From assembly GCF_009914755.1 (NCBI RefSeq), contig NC_060939.1: DNA of 64,000 bases. The stretch is one strand, 5' to 3'. A model generated the notes under the pieces. The model did not search any database. It saw only the letters and a program-made list of their open reading frames with translations, and had not been told where the DNA came from. The DNA is from the human T2T-CHM13v2.0 reference genome, Homo sapiens. The position numbers were made by a program, and so were the translations under genes. Shown one piece after another: positions 62,805 through 64,000 of the stretch (position 1 is the first letter of the stretch; each line of letters opens with the position of its first letter).

Positions 62805-63165
62805 TGTTAGGGACTGAATTGTCTCACCCCATCCCCTCAACCCCATTGAAGCCCTAACTTCAATGGGATTGTATTTGGAGACAGTCTTTAAACAAGTAAT
62901 TAAGGTTATAATGGTGAGGCCCTAATCCAATTGACTGGTGTCCTTATAAGAAAAGAAAGAAACAGTAGGGATCTGCACACTTCATGTGAGCATGCAGAGA
63001 GTAGGTGGCCATCGGCAAGCCACGGAGAGAAGCCTCCGGAGAAACCAAATCTCTCACACCTTGATCTCGGACTTCCAGCCTCCAGAGCTGTGAGAAATAA
63101 ATTTCTGTTGTTTGAGCCACCCAGTCTACAGCATTTTATTATGGCAGCCCTAGCTGACTGATATA
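62805..63165 (+). mobile_element. MaLR LTR (MLT1A/B-like) nested in an older MLT1-like LTR (~62680-63350)
   Basis: tgttagggactgaattgt...aaataaatttctgttgtttgagccacccagt...gcagcccta; 5-bp TSD caggc. Confidence 0.82.
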
Positions 63166-64000
63166 CAGGCTGAGGAATTTAACAGTGAGTGTGAGTTCTC
63201 CATTCTCTCTTCCTCTCTTTATTGACCTTCAGGGGATCTGTATTCCAGATGATGTTGCTAAAAGCTAGAATGGGGAGGCCCAACCCAAATAACTTTTCTT
63301 GTGCCAATCCACTGATATTTCTGGTTCAGTTTTGCCGTAGTATAGCCCAGCATTCATCAGGCAGACCAACTCAACCTGTACCTCGCCTTTGAAAACAAAA
63401 GCTAAGCATGTGACCATTTGGCTCTGCAATTCCATGGGATGAATCCTCCTTCAGGCAATGGATGCCTCCTGTTTGGATGCATGAATGGGGTTGACTCACA
63501 ACATAATTGAGAATATCAGGGTAAAAGAGTTGGTTAATTGATCGCAATATTATAGTGCTACAATTACATAGGGCCCCAAGCAATCTAAGCGGTTTCCTCT
63601 TAGTGTTCAAACAGCCCTCCAGATCTCAGAGACCTGATGAGATGCTTGAGGTGAAGGTCAAAGGCAAGGTGGGCCTCTGGCATTTCTCTCTTTAATAAGA
63701 ACAAATCTACTTTTGTCTGTGTATGGTTTTGTGTGAGATTTAATTTAAACGAAGAGTTCTGTTGCTAAAGAAAATTTAAAAATCACTCTGGTGTTTCCAT
63801 ATTAAAAGAAATACAGATTTTATGAGTATATGAAGTTCTTGGAGCTTGAAGTTTAGTTTGATTCAGCCAGAGCTCTGTATTGATGGCTTCAAGATCATAA
63901 GCCTCAGTTCAGCTCAGTTCCTTGATCTAGTTGATCTGAAAAACTCTCTGACTCAAGGAAATAGATTTGCACAAAGTGCAAGAGTCATTGTAGGTCTTCA

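Overview
Human (primate) genomic DNA, rich in Alu, L1, L2, MIR, LTR and DNA-transposon remnants. The + strand carries the whole coding region of SQOR (SQRDL, mitochondrial sulfide:quinone oxidoreductase). Nine coding exons (5084..37203) with GT-AG introns splice into a 1353-nt ORF of 450 aa, with the Rossmann GxGxxG motif and the catalytic Cys201/Cys379 pair intact, followed by two AATAAA signals. The non-coding first exon and promoter appear to lie upstream of the window. Downstream (37.5-64 kb) is intergenic and repeat-rich. It contains a CpG-rich promoter-like island with a GC minisatellite (~50.5-51.5 kb), a strong CTCF motif (~52.0 kb), and a decayed ERVL-type pol (RNaseH/integrase) split by a MER41B-like solo LTR that keeps two perfect STAT1 GAS motifs. 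I found no new protein-coding system. The best leads are regulatory: the MER41B/GAS candidate interferon enhancer, the bidirectional-looking CpG island, a cryptic poison acceptor upstream of the Cys379 exon, an intronic MADE1 hairpin, and an unexplained palindromic repeat patch. Repeat subfamily names come from recalled consensus sequences, and boundaries are approximate unless a TSD is quoted.
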